This document shows positions 32,939 to 44,119 of a stretch of 64,000 bases of DNA, in pieces. Origin of the DNA: Escherichia coli 042 (GTDB taxonomy: Bacteria; Pseudomonadota; Gammaproteobacteria; Enterobacterales; Enterobacteriaceae). Location: assembly GCF_000027125.1 (NCBI RefSeq), contig NC_017626.1. One strand, given 5' to 3'. How positions within the stretch are numbered: the first letter of the stretch is position 1; every line of letters starts with the position of its first letter. The notes under the pieces were generated by a model that was not told the origin of the DNA, did not search any database, and saw only the letters and a list, made by a program, of their open reading frames with translations. Position numbers and translations under genes: made by a program.

Positions 32939-35383
32939 ATGAAAACGAAAATCCCTGATGCGGTATTGGCTGCTGAGGTGAGTCGCCGTGGTTTGGTAAA
33001 AACGACAGCGATCGGCGGCCTGGCAATGGCAAGCAGCGCGTTAACATTACCTTTTAGTCGGATTGCGCACGCTGTCGATAGCGCCATTCCAACAAAATCA
33101 GACGAAAAGGTTATCTGGAGCGCCTGTACAGTTAACTGTGGTAGTCGCTGCCCGCTACGTATGCACGTTGTGGACGGTGAAATTAAATATGTTGAAACGG
33201 ATAATACCGGCGATGACAACTATGACGGCCTGCACCAGGTGCGCGCCTGTCTGCGTGGGCGTTCCATGCGTCGCCGTGTCTACAATCCGGACCGCCTGAA
33301 ATATCCGATGAAACGAGTCGGGGCGCGCGGTGAAGGCAAATTCGAGCGCATTAGCTGGGAAGAAGCCTACGACATCATCGCGACCAATATGCAGCGCCTG
33401 ATCAAAGAGTACGGCAACGAATCCATCTATCTGAACTATGGCACCGGTACGCTGGGTGGCACCATGACCCGCTCCTGGCCGCCGGGAAATACCCTGGTCG
33501 CTCGCCTGATGAACTGCTGCGGCGGTTATCTGAACCATTACGGTGACTACTCTTCCGCGCAAATTGCGGAAGGTTTGAACTATACCTACGGCGGCTGGGC
33601 AGATGGTAACAGCCCGTCGGATATCGAAAACAGTAAACTGGTAGTGCTGTTTGGTAATAACCCTGGCGAAACGCGAATGAGTGGCGGTGGGGTGACTTAC
33701 TATCTTGAACAGGCGCGCCAGAAATCTAATGCTCGCATGATCATCATCGATCCGCGCTATACCGACACCGGTGCCGGGCGCGAAGATGAGTGGATCCCTA
33801 TTCGTCCGGGAACAGATGCCGCACTGGTTAACGGTCTGGCGTATGTCATGATCACCGAAAACCTGGTGGATCAGGCATTCCTCGATAAATATTGCGTTGG
33901 CTACGACGAGAAAACACTGCCAGCCAGTGCGCCGAAAAATGGTCACTATAAAGCTTATATTCTGGGTGAAGGGCCAGATGGCGTGGCTAAAACGCCGGAA
34001 TGGGCCTCGCAAATCACCGGTGTTCCGGCAGACAAAATCATCAAATTGGCTCGTGAAATCGGTAGTACCAAACCGGCGTTCATCAGCCAGGGATGGGGCC
34101 CGCAGCGTCACGCTAACGGTGAAATCGCAACCCGTGCTATCTCGATGCTGGCGGTTCTGACCGGTAACGTTGGTATTAACGGAGGCAACAGCGGCGCGCG
34201 TGAAGGTTCATACAGCTTACCGTTTGTCCGTATGCCGACCCTCGAAAACCCGATCCAGACCAGCATTTCGATGTTTATGTGGACCGATGCCATTGAACGT
34301 GGCCCGGAAATGACAGCGCTGCGTGATGGTGTGCGCGGGAAAGATAAGCTGGATGTGCCGATCAAAATGATCTGGAACTATGCCGGTAACTGCCTGATTA
34401 ACCAGCATTCTGAAATCAACCGTACCCATGAAATCCTTCAGGATGATAAGAAGTGCGAGCTGATTGTGGTTATCGACTGCCACATGACCTCATCAGCGAA
34501 ATATGCTGACATCCTGCTGCCTGACTGCACCGCTTCCGAACAGATGGACTTTGCACTGGATGCATCCTGCGGGAATATGTCTTACGTGATTTTCAACGAT
34601 CAGGTGATTAAACCGCGCTTTGAATGTAAGACCATCTATGAAATGACCAGCGAACTGGCAAAACGTCTTGGCGTTGAGCAACAGTTTACTGAAGGCCGTA
34701 CCCAGGAAGAGTGGATGCGGCATCTGTATGCCCAGTCGCGGGAAGCGATTCCTGAACTGCCAACGTTTGAAGAGTTCCGCAAGCAGGGGATCTTTAAAAA
34801 GCGCGACCCACAAGGGCATCACGTTGCTTATAAAGCCTTCCGTGAAGATCCGCAGGCAAATCCACTGACCACGCCATCGGGTAAAATTGAGATTTATTCG
34901 CAGGCGCTGGCTGACATTGCCGCTACCTGGGAATTGCCAGAAGGCGATGTGATCGATCCACTGCCGATCTATACGCCGGGCTTTGAAAGTTATCAGGATC
35001 CGCTGAACAAACAGTATCCGCTGCAGCTTACGGGTTTCCACTATAAATCTCGCGTTCACTCAACTTACGGCAACGTTGATGTGCTGAAAGCGGCTTGCCG
35101 TCAGGAAATGTGGATCAACCCGCTTGATGCCCAAAAACGCGGTATCAACAACGGCGATAAAGTCAGGATCTTTAACGATCGTGGTGAGGTTCATATTGAG
35201 GCGAAAGTGACGCCACGAATGATGCCGGGTGTGGTCGCACTGGGTGAAGGTGCCTGGTATGACCCGGATGCAAAACGTGTCGATAAGGGCGGTTGTATCA
35301 ACGTACTGACCACTCAACGTCCGTCTCCTCTCGCTAAGGGGAATCCGTCACATACAAACCTTGTTCAGGTTGAAAAGGTGTAA
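32939..35383 (+). CDS. dmsA: Anaerobic DMSO reductase catalytic subunit A (molybdopterin, Tat-exported)
   Basis: 814 aa; twin-arginine signal SRRGLVKTTAIGG...AHA; N-terminal Cys cluster CTVNCGSRCPLRMHV. Confidence 0.96.
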   Translation: MKTKIPDAVLAAEVSRRGLVKTTAIGGLAMASSALTLPFSRIAHAVDSAIPTKSDEKVIWSACTVNCGSRCPLRMHVVDGEIKYVETDNTGDDNYDGLHQVRACLRGRSMRRRVYNPDRLKYPMKRVGARGEGKFERISWEEAYDIIATNMQRLIKEYGNESIYLNYGTGTLGGTMTRSWPPGNTLVARLMNCCGGYLNHYGDYSSAQIAEGLNYTYGGWADGNSPSDIENSKLVVLFGNNPGETRMSGGGVTYYLEQARQKSNARMIIIDPRYTDTGAGREDEWIPIRPGTDAALVNGLAYVMITENLVDQAFLDKYCVGYDEKTLPASAPKNGHYKAYILGEGPDGVAKTPEWASQITGVPADKIIKLAREIGSTKPAFISQGWGPQRHANGEIATRAISMLAVLTGNVGINGGNSGAREGSYSLPFVRMPTLENPIQTSISMFMWTDAIERGPEMTALRDGVRGKDKLDVPIKMIWNYAGNCLINQHSEINRTHEILQDDKKCELIVVIDCHMTSSAKYADILLPDCTASEQMDFALDASCGNMSYVIFNDQVIKPRFECKTIYEMTSELAKRLGVEQQFTEGRTQEEWMRHLYAQSREAIPELPTFEEFRKQGIFKKRDPQGHHVAYKAFREDPQANPLTTPSGKIEIYSQALADIAATWELPEGDVIDPLPIYTPGFESYQDPLNKQYPLQLTGFHYKSRVHSTYGNVDVLKAACRQEMWINPLDAQKRGINNGDKVRIFNDRGEVHIEAKVTPRMMPGVVALGEGAWYDPDAKRVDKGGCINVLTTQRPSPLAKGNPSHTNLVQVEKV

Positions 35384-35393
35384 GGAGTAACCG

Positions 35394-36011
35394 ATGACAA
35401 CCCAGTATGGATTTTTTATTGATTCCAGCCGTTGCACCGGTTGCAAAACCTGCGAGCTGGCCTGTAAAGACTACAAAGATTTGACGCCAGAAGTCAGCTT
35501 CCGCCGCATTTATGAATATGCTGGCGGCGACTGGCAGGAAGATAACGGTGTCTGGCACCAGAACGTGTTTGCCTACTATCTGTCGATTTCATGTAACCAC
35601 TGTGAAGATCCGGCTTGTACTAAAGTCTGCCCGAGCGGTGCGATGCATAAACGCGAAGATGGTTTTGTTGTGGTCGATGAAGATGTATGCATTGGCTGCC
35701 GTTACTGTCATATGGCTTGCCCGTATGGCGCACCGCAATATAACGAAACGAAAGGCCATATGACCAAATGCGATGGTTGTTATGACCGTGTTGCGGAGGG
35801 TAAAAATCCGATCTGTGTTGAATCCTGCCCGCTGCGGGCGCTGGATTTCGGCCCTATCGACGAGCTGCGTAAAAAACATGGCGATCTGGCGGCCGTTGCG
35901 CCGTTGCCGCGAGCTCACTTTACCAAACCGAATATTGTGATCAAACCCAATGCCAACAGCCGCCCGACCGGGGATACCACTGGCTACCTGGCAAACCCGA
36001 AGGAGGTGTGA
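35394..36011 (+). CDS. dmsB: DMSO reductase iron-sulfur subunit B (4x[4Fe-4S])
   Basis: 205 aa MTTQYGFFIDSSRCTGCKTCELACKDYKDL...; several CxxCxxCxxxCP ferredoxin motifs. Confidence 0.96.
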   Translation: MTTQYGFFIDSSRCTGCKTCELACKDYKDLTPEVSFRRIYEYAGGDWQEDNGVWHQNVFAYYLSISCNHCEDPACTKVCPSGAMHKREDGFVVVDEDVCIGCRYCHMACPYGAPQYNETKGHMTKCDGCYDRVAEGKNPICVESCPLRALDFGPIDELRKKHGDLAAVAPLPRAHFTKPNIVIKPNANSRPTGDTTGYLANPKEV

Positions 36012-36012
36012 G

Positions 36013-36876
36013 ATGGGAAGTGGATGGCATGAATGGCCGCTGATGATCTTCACGGTCTTCGGGCAATGTGTAGCGGGTGGTTTTATCGTTCTGGCTTTGG
36101 CGCTGCTCAAAGGCGACCTGCGGGCAGAAGCCCAGCAGCGTGTTATCGCCTGCATGTTTGGCTTATGGGTGCTGATGGGCATTGGCTTTATCGCCTCTAT
36201 GCTCCATCTTGGTTCACCGATGCGCGCTTTTAACTCGCTCAACCGGGTAGGGGCTTCAGCACTCAGTAACGAAATCGCCAGCGGTTCGATCTTTTTTGCC
36301 TTAGGCGGCATCGGCTGGTTGCTGGCAATGCTGAAAAAGCTGTCACCGGCATTGCGTACGCTTTGGCTGGTGGTGACGATGGTTCTTGGCGTCGTCTTTG
36401 TCTGGATGATGGTGCGTGTGTATAACAGCATTGATACCGTTCCGACCTGGTACAGCATCTGGACGCCGATGGGCTTCTTCCTGACGATGTTTATGGGCGG
36501 CCCGTTACTGGGTTACCTGTTGCTGAGTCTGGCTGGCGTCGATGGCTGGGCGATGCGTCTGCTGCCAGCCATTTCTGTACTGGCACTGGTAGTGAGTGGC
36601 GTGATGTCAGTGATGCAGGGCGCAGAGCTGGCGACTATTCATAGTTCTGTGCAGCAGGCCGCAGCGCTGGTGCCGGACTATGGTGCGCTGATGTCCTGGC
36701 GGATCGTGCTTTTGGCTGTTGCCCTGTGCTTGTGGATTGCACCACAGCTAAAAGGTTATCAGCCTGCGGTTCCGCTACTTTCCGTATCATTCATTCTGCT
36801 TCTGGCAGGAGAATTAATCGGCCGCGGCGTATTCTATGGTTTGCATATGACCGTGGGGATGGCCGTCGCAAGCTAA
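36013..36876 (+). CDS. dmsC: DMSO reductase membrane anchor subunit C
   Basis: ORF 35950-36876 with start refined to MGSGWHEWPLMIFTVFGQCVAGGFIVLALALL... (287 aa), 1 bp after the dmsB stop; polytopic hydrophobic. Confidence 0.9.
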   Translation: MGSGWHEWPLMIFTVFGQCVAGGFIVLALALLKGDLRAEAQQRVIACMFGLWVLMGIGFIASMLHLGSPMRAFNSLNRVGASALSNEIASGSIFFALGGIGWLLAMLKKLSPALRTLWLVVTMVLGVVFVWMMVRVYNSIDTVPTWYSIWTPMGFFLTMFMGGPLLGYLLLSLAGVDGWAMRLLPAISVLALVVSGVMSVMQGAELATIHSSVQQAAALVPDYGALMSWRIVLLAVALCLWIAPQLKGYQPAVPLLSVSFILLLAGELIGRGVFYGLHMTVGMAVAS

Positions 36877-36884
36877 TCAGTAAC

Positions 36885-36915
36885 AACCGGGGTTTCGACC
36901 CCGGTTCTCTTTTAT
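36885..36915. terminator. Bidirectional terminator between convergent dmsC and ycaC
   Basis: aaccgggg-tttcg-accccggtt followed by ctcttttatttc. Confidence 0.75.
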
Positions 36916-37538
36916 TTCTGCTTCGTTAATGTGTCATAACTGGTCATCAAATTACGATAATCAGGAATGTGGTTAGAGAACAACGTCGCCAGTCCTTCAA
37001 TATCATTACGCCAGTCGCGATGCAGCTCGCAAGCCACGCCGAACCATGTCATCAATTGCGCACCAGCTTGCGACATGCGATCCCATGCCGAATGCCGGGT
37101 AATTTCATTAAAGGTCCCTGACGCGTCAGTCACGACAAATACATCAAACCCTTCTTCAATGGCTGAAAGCGCCGGGAATGCCACGCAAACTTCGGTTACC
37201 ACACCGGCAATAATTAACTGTTTTTTACCTGTCGCTTTGACAGCTTTTACAAAATCTTCGTTATCCCAGGCGTTAATATTTCCCGGGCGAGCAATGTAAG
37301 GTGCATCGGGAAACTGTGCTTTCAGTTCTGGAACTAATGGGCCGTTAGGACCGGTTTCAAAACTGGTGGTAAGAATAGTAGGTAAGTTGAAATACTTAGC
37401 CAGGTCGCCCAGCGCCAGCACGTTATTTTTAAACTTATCGGGTTCGATATCCCGTACAAGGGAAAGTAAACCAGCCTGGTGATCAACAAGCAAAACGGCA
37501 GCATCATTTTTATCAAGACGAACATACGGTTTGGTCAT
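36912..37538 (-). CDS. ycaC: Isochorismatase-family (cysteine hydrolase) protein
   Basis: 208 aa MTKPYVRLDKNDAAVLLVDHQAGLLSLVRDIEPDKFKNNVLALGDLAKYFNLPTILTTSFE... Confidence 0.87.
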   Translation of the reverse strand: MTKPYVRLDKNDAAVLLVDHQAGLLSLVRDIEPDKFKNNVLALGDLAKYFNLPTILTTSFETGPNGPLVPELKAQFPDAPYIARPGNINAWDNEDFVKAVKATGKKQLIIAGVVTEVCVAFPALSAIEEGFDVFVVTDASGTFNEITRHSAWDRMSQAGAQLMTWFGVACELHRDWRNDIEGLATLFSNHIPDYRNLMTSYDTLTKQK

Positions 37539-37852
37539 CCTCTTCTCCTTTCGAGAGTCAGTGGTACGTCTGAAATCGGTCAGACGCGATGCATTGCTCT
37601 GAAAGCATAGACGGGAAATATGAGTTTGCTGTGACCATGAAATTTTTCGACTGAACGAAGCGTATGGAATTTGTGTTAGATCAATAAAAACAATCAGATG
37701 AGATTAATCGTCTCTCCAGCATTAGCGTTATGAATGAGTAATATAAATCGATAATACCTCCGCTGCGATATGCGCGTATTTTCACCCATTGACAATGTTT
37801 TTGGCGGTGGCATGATGCGCATGAAATTTGAACTTCCTCACGGTTTTAATTC

Positions 37853-39001
37853 ATGTCCACGTATACCCGGCCTGTCATGCTTTTGCTGTCTGGCCTGCTT
37901 TTGTTGACTCTGGCGATCGCAGTGTTAAATACACTCGTGCCGCTTTGGCTCGCCCAGGAACACATGTCCACATGGCAGGTAGGCGTTGTCAGCTCATCCT
38001 ATTTTACCGGCAACCTGGTCGGTACATTGCTGACAGGGTATGTCATTAAGCGCATTGGCTTTAACCGCAGCTATTATCTGGCCTCCTTCATTTTTGCCGC
38101 TGGCTGTGCCGGCCTTGGCCTGATGATTGGATTCTGGAGCTGGTTGGCTTGGCGTTTTGTCGCCGGCGTCGGCTGTGCCATGATTTGGGTGGTTGTTGAG
38201 AGCGCGCTGATGTGCAGTGGGACGTCACGTAACCGTGGGCGTTTGCTTGCTGCGTATATGATGGTTTATTACGTGGGAACGTTTTTAGGCCAGTTACTGG
38301 TCAGCAAAGTTTCAACCGAGCTGATGTCCGTATTGCCGTGGGTTACAGGTTTGACGTTGGCAGGGATCTTACCGCTGTTGTTTACGCGTGTGCTGAATCA
38401 GCAGGCTGAAAACCATGATTCGACGTCAATTACGTCAATGCTAAAACTCCGTCAGGCGCGGCTTGGCGTGAATGGCTGCATTATCTCAGGAATCGTTCTG
38501 GGATCTCTATATGGCCTGATGCCGCTGTTCCTCAATCACAAAGGGGTGAGCAATGCCAGCATTGGTTTCTGGATGGCGGTACTGGTCAGTGCGGGTATCC
38601 TTGGACAATGGCCGATTGGACGTCTGGCGGATAAGTTTGGTCGACTGCTGGTGTTGCGTGTTCAGGTCTTTGTCGTCATTCTCGGCAGTATCGCGATGCT
38701 TAGCCAGGCGGCGATGGCCCCAGCGTTATTCATCCTCGGTGCCGCTGGCTTTACGCTATATCCGGTGGCGATGGCCTGGGCTTGCGAGAAAGTTGAACAT
38801 CATCAACTGGTGGCGATGAACCAGGCCTTACTGTTGAGCTATACCGTGGGAAGTCTGCTTGGCCCGTCATTTACTGCCATGCTAATGCAGAATTTCTCCG
38901 ATAATTTATTGTTTATCATGATCGCCAGCGTATCGTTTATCTATTTGCTGATGCTGCTTCGCAACGCCGGTCATACGCCGAAACCCGTTGCTCACGTGTA
39001 A
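37853..39001 (+). CDS. ycaD: MFS-family transporter
   Basis: 382 aa; 12 predicted hydrophobic segments; [48 protein letters not shown]... Confidence 0.86.
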   Translation: MSTYTRPVMLLLSGLLLLTLAIAVLNTLVPLWLAQEHMSTWQVGVVSSSYFTGNLVGTLLTGYVIKRIGFNRSYYLASFIFAAGCAGLGLMIGFWSWLAWRFVAGVGCAMIWVVVESALMCSGTSRNRGRLLAAYMMVYYVGTFLGQLLVSKVSTELMSVLPWVTGLTLAGILPLLFTRVLNQQAENHDSTSITSMLKLRQARLGVNGCIISGIVLGSLYGLMPLFLNHKGVSNASIGFWMAVLVSAGILGQWPIGRLADKFGRLLVLRVQVFVVILGSIAMLSQAAMAPALFILGAAGFTLYPVAMAWACEKVEHHQLVAMNQALLLSYTVGSLLGPSFTAMLMQNFSDNLLFIMIASVSFIYLLMLLRNAGHTPKPVAHV

Positions 39002-39015
39002 ATGAATTCAAGCAA

Positions 39016-39049
39016 AGTGTGAACTTACTGTTTCACACTCTGCTTTTTT
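39016..39049 (+). terminator. Rho-independent terminator of ycaD
   Basis: Stem agtgtgaa/ttcacact (39016-39023 and 39032-39039) followed by ctgcttttttg. Confidence 0.7.
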
Positions 39050-39210
39050 GTTTCTTCTATCTGACTTGCTTTATTCCAAATTTTATTCGTTTAAAAATAA
39101 AATGTGCAGCAGGTTATAATTTTGCATTTCGCTATTTCCGCACTTCTTATTTGCCGCGCATAATCCCTCGTTTTACAGATGCCCCTTTAATTTTGGCGAA
39201 GGATTTGTCT

Positions 39211-40641
39211 ATGGCTGGGAATGTTCAGGAAAAACAGCTGCGATGGTACAACATTGCGCTGATGTCTTTTATCACTGTCTGGGGTTTTGGCAACGTTGTT
39301 AATAACTACGCCAACCAGGGGCTGGTGGTTGTTTTTTCATGGGTGTTTATCTTTGCGCTCTATTTCACACCTTATGCGCTAATTGTTGGTCAGTTAGGCT
39401 CGACCTTCAAAGATGGGAAGGGCGGGGTCAGTACCTGGATTAAACACACGATGGGACCCGGACTGGCTTACCTCGCCGCGTGGACCTACTGGGTAGTGCA
39501 TATTCCCTATCTGGCACAAAAACCCCAGGCAATACTGATTGCGCTCGGTTGGGCGATGAAAGGCGACGGTTCGTTAATCAAAGAATATTCAGTCGTAGCG
39601 TTACAGGGGTTAACGCTGGTGCTGTTTATCTTCTTTATGTGGGTTGCTTCACGCGGTATGAAATCGCTGAAAATCGTCGGTTCTGTGGCAGGGATTGCGA
39701 TGTTTGTTATGTCGCTCCTGTATGTGGCGATGGCGGTAACCGCGCCTGCAATTACTGAAGTGCATATTGCGACCACAAACATTACCTGGGAAACGTTCAT
39801 TCCTCATATCGACTTTACCTACATTACCACTATTTCAATGCTGGTTTTCGCGGTTGGCGGAGCAGAGAAGATTTCTCCTTACGTTAATCAAACGCGCAAC
39901 CCAGGAAAAGAATTTCCAAAAGGGATGTTATGCCTGGCGGTGATGGTTGCGGTTTGTGCCATTCTGGGCTCACTGGCGATGGGGATGATGTTTGACTCGC
40001 GTAATATCCCGGATGACTTAATGACTAACGGTCAGTATTACGCCTTTCAGAAGCTGGGCGAGTATTACAACATGGGTAATACTTTAATGGTGATTTATGC
40101 CATTGCGAATACCCTGGGACAAGTAGCTGCGCTGGTATTCTCGATTGATGCGCCGCTTAAAGTGTTATTAGGCGATGCTGACAGCAAATATATTCCAGCC
40201 AGTTTATGTCGTACCAACGCTTCTGGTACGCCCGTTAATGGCTATTTTCTGACCCTGGTGCTGGTGGCGATCCTGATAATGCTACCGACTCTCGGCATTG
40301 GTGATATGAACAATCTCTATAAATGGCTGTTGAATCTTAACTCGGTAGTGATGCCGCTGCGTTATTTATGGGTATTTGTTGCATTTATTGCAGTCGTTCG
40401 CCTGGCGCAGAAATATAAACCAGAATATGTCTTTATTCGTAATAAGCCTCTGGCAATGACCGTCGGGATTTGGTGTTTTGCCTTTACCGCCTTTGCCTGT
40501 TTGACGGGGATCTTCCCGAAAATGGAAGCCTTCACTGCAGAGTGGACCTTCCAGTTGGCGCTGAATGTTGCAACGCCGTTTGTGTTGGTAGGATTAGGAC
40601 TGATATTCCCGCTGCTGGCGCGTAAAGCGAATGGTAAATAA
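39211..40641 (+). CDS. ycaM: APC-superfamily amino-acid/polyamine transporter
   Basis: ORF 39019-40641; start refined to MAGNVQEKQLRWYNIALMSFITVWGFGNVV... (476 aa) preceded by aagga RBS; the 64-codon N-terminal extension in the ORF track is probably not translated. Confidence 0.82.
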   Translation: MAGNVQEKQLRWYNIALMSFITVWGFGNVVNNYANQGLVVVFSWVFIFALYFTPYALIVGQLGSTFKDGKGGVSTWIKHTMGPGLAYLAAWTYWVVHIPYLAQKPQAILIALGWAMKGDGSLIKEYSVVALQGLTLVLFIFFMWVASRGMKSLKIVGSVAGIAMFVMSLLYVAMAVTAPAITEVHIATTNITWETFIPHIDFTYITTISMLVFAVGGAEKISPYVNQTRNPGKEFPKGMLCLAVMVAVCAILGSLAMGMMFDSRNIPDDLMTNGQYYAFQKLGEYYNMGNTLMVIYAIANTLGQVAALVFSIDAPLKVLLGDADSKYIPASLCRTNASGTPVNGYFLTLVLVAILIMLPTLGIGDMNNLYKWLLNLNSVVMPLRYLWVFVAFIAVVRLAQKYKPEYVFIRNKPLAMTVGIWCFAFTAFACLTGIFPKMEAFTAEWTFQLALNVATPFVLVGLGLIFPLLARKANGK

Positions 40642-40803
40642 TTATTGTGGTCGGTGACGCTGACTCTGGCAGATCTGACCCGTTTTTACATAATCGAGAA
40701 ATGCGCGTAAGCCGCAGGACATATACTGGCGGTTTGGGTAATACATTTGGAAGCTGTGCTGTAAGGGCGTTAGAAATAGAGCTCTGAATTATTTATGCAG
40801 AGC

Positions 40804-40840
40804 GGAATAAAAAAGCGGCAACTCAAAAAAGTTGCCGCTT
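40804..40840 (-). terminator. Rho-independent terminator of pflA
   Basis: Stem agcggcaac/gttgccgct (40814-40822 and 40831-40839) with A-runs on the plus strand (T-runs on the minus strand), 11 bp after the pflA stop. Confidence 0.8.
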
Positions 40841-40850
40841 TACGGGGAAA

Positions 40851-41591
40851 TTAGAACATTACCTTATGACCGTACTGCTCAAGAATGCCTTTCACGCGTT
40901 CCATGGTCTCTTTCTTCGGTGGTTTAACACCATCAAGTTTGTATTCTTCACCCATCGCCACCCATTTGTGTTTGCCCAGTTCGTGGTAGGGGAGAAGCTC
41001 GATTTTCTCAACGTTGCCCATATCACGGGTAAATTCACCGAGGCGATGCGCTGAATCGTCATCGTCAGACCAGCCTGGGACAACAACGTAGCGGATCCAC
41101 ACCTTCACATTTTTGTTCGCCAGATATTTGGCGAACTCCAGTGTGCGGTGGTTGGAAACTCCAACCAGATTTTGGTGGATCTCGTCGTTCATCTGTTTGA
41201 GATCGAGCATTACCAGGTCGGTTACTTCCAGCAGTTCATCAATCACCGGATCGTAACGACGAACAAAACCGTTGGTATCCAGACAGGTATGAATGCCTTC
41301 TTTTTTGCAGGCGCGGAACCAGTCACGAACAAACTCAGCTTGCAGGATTGCTTCACCGCCGGATGCGGTAACGCCGCCGCCGGAAGCGTTCATAAAGTGG
41401 CGATAGGTCACCACCTCTTTCATTAAATCTTCAACGGTAACTTCTTTACCGCCATGCGTGTCCCAGGTGTCGCGGTTATGACAATACAGGCAGCGCATCA
41501 GGCAGCCCTGGAAAAAGGTGATAAAGCGAATACCCGGGCCGTCTACGGTTCCACAGGATTCAAAGGAGTGAATGCGACCAATAACTGACAT
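40851..41591 (-). CDS. pflA: Pyruvate formate-lyase activating enzyme (radical SAM)
   Basis: Start refined to [43 protein letters not shown] (CxxxCxxC radical-SAM motif); 246 aa. Confidence 0.94.
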   Translation of the reverse strand: MSVIGRIHSFESCGTVDGPGIRFITFFQGCLMRCLYCHNRDTWDTHGGKEVTVEDLMKEVVTYRHFMNASGGGVTASGGEAILQAEFVRDWFRACKKEGIHTCLDTNGFVRRYDPVIDELLEVTDLVMLDLKQMNDEIHQNLVGVSNHRTLEFAKYLANKNVKVWIRYVVVPGWSDDDDSAHRLGEFTRDMGNVEKIELLPYHELGKHKWVAMGEEYKLDGVKPPKKETMERVKGILEQYGHKVMF

Positions 41592-41713
41592 TGCGGTGTT
41601 TCTCCAGATGTGGCCCATCTGAGGCCGTGTTGGTGCGCAGCTCGAAGGCTACGTCGAGTCTGTTTTGGCAGTCACCTTAAAGTATAGATAGCTGACAAAA
41701 AAGGCTCTCGTGC

Positions 41714-41743
41714 TAAAAAAGGCCCCACTTTCGTGGAGCCTTT
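41714..41743 (-). terminator. Rho-independent terminator of pflB
   Basis: Minus strand reads aggctccac-gaaa-gtggggcct followed by tttttt. Confidence 0.8.
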
Positions 41744-41782
41744 ATTGTACGCTTTTTACTGTACGATTTCAGTCAAATCTAA

Positions 41783-44065
41783 TTACATAGATTGAGTGAA
41801 GGTACGAGTAATAACATCCTGCTGCTGTTCTTTAGTCAGCGAGTTGAAACGTACTGCGTAGCCAGATACACGGATGGTCAGCTGCGGATATTTTTCCGGG
41901 TTTTCCATCGCGTCGAGCAGCATTTCACGGTTCATCACGTTAACGTTCAGGTGCTGACCACCTTCGATGGACGCTTCGTGGTGGAAGTAACCATCCATCA
42001 GACCAGCCAGGTTGGTCTTACGAACTTCGTCGTCTTTACCCAGTGCGTTCGGAACGATAGAGAAGGTGTAGGAGATACCATCTTTAGCGTAAGCAAACGG
42101 CAGTTTAGCAACGGAAGTCAGAGAGGCTACTGCACCTTTCTGGTCACGACCGTGCATCGGGTTAGCACCCGGTCCGAACGGCGCGCCAGCACGACGACCG
42201 TCTGGGGTGTTACCAGTTTTCTTACCATACACAACGTTAGAAGTGATGGTCAGAACAGACTGAGTCGGGATAGCGTCACGGTAGGTGTGCAGTTTCTGAA
42301 TTTTCTTCATGAAACGTTCTACCAGGTCAACAGCCAGGTCATCTACACGCGGATCGTTGTTACCAAACTGCGGGTATTCGCCTTCGATTTCGAAGTCGAT
42401 AGCCAGACCGTCTTCGTCACGAATCGGTTTAACTTTCGCATATTTGATTGCAGACAGGGAGTCAGCAGCAACGGACAGACCAGCGATACCACACGCCATG
42501 GTGCGGATAACGTCACGGTCGTGCAGCGCCATCAGAGAGGCTTCGTAGCTGTACTTGTCGTGCATGTAGTGGATGATGTTCAGTGCAGTGATGTACTGTT
42601 TAGCCAGCCAGTCCATGAAGTGATCCATGCGCTCCATCACTTCATCGTAGTTCAGGAGATCGCCTTTGATCGGCTCAGACTTCGGACCAACCTGCATTTT
42701 CAGTTTTTCGTCAACGCCACCGTTGATTGCGTACAGCATGGTTTTCGCCAGGTTTGCACGCGCACCGAAGAACTGCATTTGTTTACCAACGATCATCGGG
42801 CTTACGCAGCAAGCGATAGCGTAGTCATCGTTGTTGAAGTCCGGACGCATCAGGTCATCGTTCTCATACTGCAGAGAAGAGGTGTCGATGGACACTTTAG
42901 CGGCGAATTTCTTGAAGTTCAGCGGCAGTTTTTCAGACCACAGAATGGTCATGTTCGGTTCCGGAGACGGACCCATGGTGTACAGGGTGTTCAGGAAACG
43001 GAAGCTGTTTTTGGTAACCAGGGTACGACCGTCGAGGCCCATACCACCGATAGATTCGGTTGCCCAGATCGGGTCGCCAGAGAACAGTTCATCGTATTCC
43101 GGAGTACGCAGGAAGCGAACCATACGCAGTTTCATGACCAGGTGGTCAACCATTTCCTGCGCTTCTTGTTCGGTGATCTTGCCAGCTTTCAGGTCACGTT
43201 CGATGTACACATCCAGGAAGGTGGAGGTACGACCGAAGGACATTGCAGCACCGTTCTGAGACTTAACAGCAGCCAGGTAGCCAAAGTAAGTCCACTGGAT
43301 AGCTTCCTGAGCGTTGGTAGCCGGACCAGAGATGTCGTAGCCGTATTTCGCAGCCATTTCTTTCATCTGACCCAGAGCGCGGTGCTGTTCAGCGATTTCT
43401 TCGCGCAGACGGATAGTCTGTTCCAGGTTTACGCCGTTTTCCAGATCAGCCTGCAGAGAGGTGAACTGTGCAAGTTTGTCTTTCATCAGGTAGTCGATAC
43501 CGTACAGCGCAACGCGACGGTAGTCACCGATGATACGACCACGGCCATAAGCATCTGGCAGACCGGTCAGAACACCGGATTTACGGCAACGCAGGATGTC
43601 CGGAGTGTAAACGTCGAACACGCCCTGGTTGTGAGTTTTACGGTATTCAGTGAAGATTTTTTTGATCATCGGGTCCAGTTCGCGGTTGTACGCTTTGCAG
43701 GAACCTTCGATCATTTTGATACCACCGAACGGGATAAGAGCACGTTTCAGCGGAGCTTCAGTCTGCAGACCAACAACTTTTTCCAACGCTTTGTTGATGT
43801 AGCCAGCGTCGTGAGAGGTGATGGTGGAAGCAACAGCGGTGTCAAAGTCAACTGGCGCGTGAGTGCGGTTTTCCAGTTTAACGCCTTCCATTACTTTGTC
43901 CCACAGGGTGGTGGTCGCTTCAGTAGCGCCAGCCAGGAAGGACTCGTCACCCTCGTACGGAGTGTAGTTTTTCTGAATGAAGTCACGGACGTTTACTTCA
44001 TTCTGCCAGTCACCTTTGGTAAAACCTTCCCAGGCTGTGGCTAACTTTTCATTAAGCTCGGACAT
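41783..44065 (-). CDS. pflB: Pyruvate formate-lyase (glycyl-radical enzyme)
   Basis: 760 aa [44 protein letters not shown]...; C-terminal glycyl-radical motif RVSGYAVRF. Confidence 0.97.
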   Translation of the reverse strand: MSELNEKLATAWEGFTKGDWQNEVNVRDFIQKNYTPYEGDESFLAGATEATTTLWDKVMEGVKLENRTHAPVDFDTAVASTITSHDAGYINKALEKVVGLQTEAPLKRALIPFGGIKMIEGSCKAYNRELDPMIKKIFTEYRKTHNQGVFDVYTPDILRCRKSGVLTGLPDAYGRGRIIGDYRRVALYGIDYLMKDKLAQFTSLQADLENGVNLEQTIRLREEIAEQHRALGQMKEMAAKYGYDISGPATNAQEAIQWTYFGYLAAVKSQNGAAMSFGRTSTFLDVYIERDLKAGKITEQEAQEMVDHLVMKLRMVRFLRTPEYDELFSGDPIWATESIGGMGLDGRTLVTKNSFRFLNTLYTMGPSPEPNMTILWSEKLPLNFKKFAAKVSIDTSSLQYENDDLMRPDFNNDDYAIACCVSPMIVGKQMQFFGARANLAKTMLYAINGGVDEKLKMQVGPKSEPIKGDLLNYDEVMERMDHFMDWLAKQYITALNIIHYMHDKYSYEASLMALHDRDVIRTMACGIAGLSVAADSLSAIKYAKVKPIRDEDGLAIDFEIEGEYPQFGNNDPRVDDLAVDLVERFMKKIQKLHTYRDAIPTQSVLTITSNVVYGKKTGNTPDGRRAGAPFGPGANPMHGRDQKGAVASLTSVAKLPFAYAKDGISYTFSIVPNALGKDDEVRKTNLAGLMDGYFHHEASIEGGQHLNVNVMNREMLLDAMENPEKYPQLTIRVSGYAVRFNSLTKEQQQDVITRTFTQSM

Positions 44066-44119
44066 GTAACACCTACCTTCTTAAGTGGATTTTTTATTTA
44101 CTGCGTACTTCGACAACCA

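Noticed and set aside
33155-34111. 318-aa reverse-strand ORF inside dmsA, and the 289-aa one across dmsB/dmsC (35589-36458)
   Set aside because: Both are fully contained within and antisense to well-supported dmsABC genes. They are shadow ORFs.
39019-39210. 64-codon N-terminal extension of ycaM in the ORF track
   Set aside because: The extension begins inside the ycaD terminator and an AT-rich promoter-like region. The internal ATG at 39211 has an RBS and gives the expected 476-aa transporter. Analogous upstream extensions were trimmed for lysO, macA, cspD, clpA, trxB, lrp, dmsC, pflA, focA, ycaO, ycaL and ycaI.
41792-44044. 750-aa ORF on the plus strand, antisense to almost the whole of pflB
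   Set aside because: The minus-strand frame encodes a textbook pyruvate formate-lyase with the glycyl-radical motif. The antisense frame has low-complexity, Val/Thr/Phe-rich composition typical of a stop-free mirror frame of a highly expressed gene, and has no RBS context. It is a codon-bias artefact.
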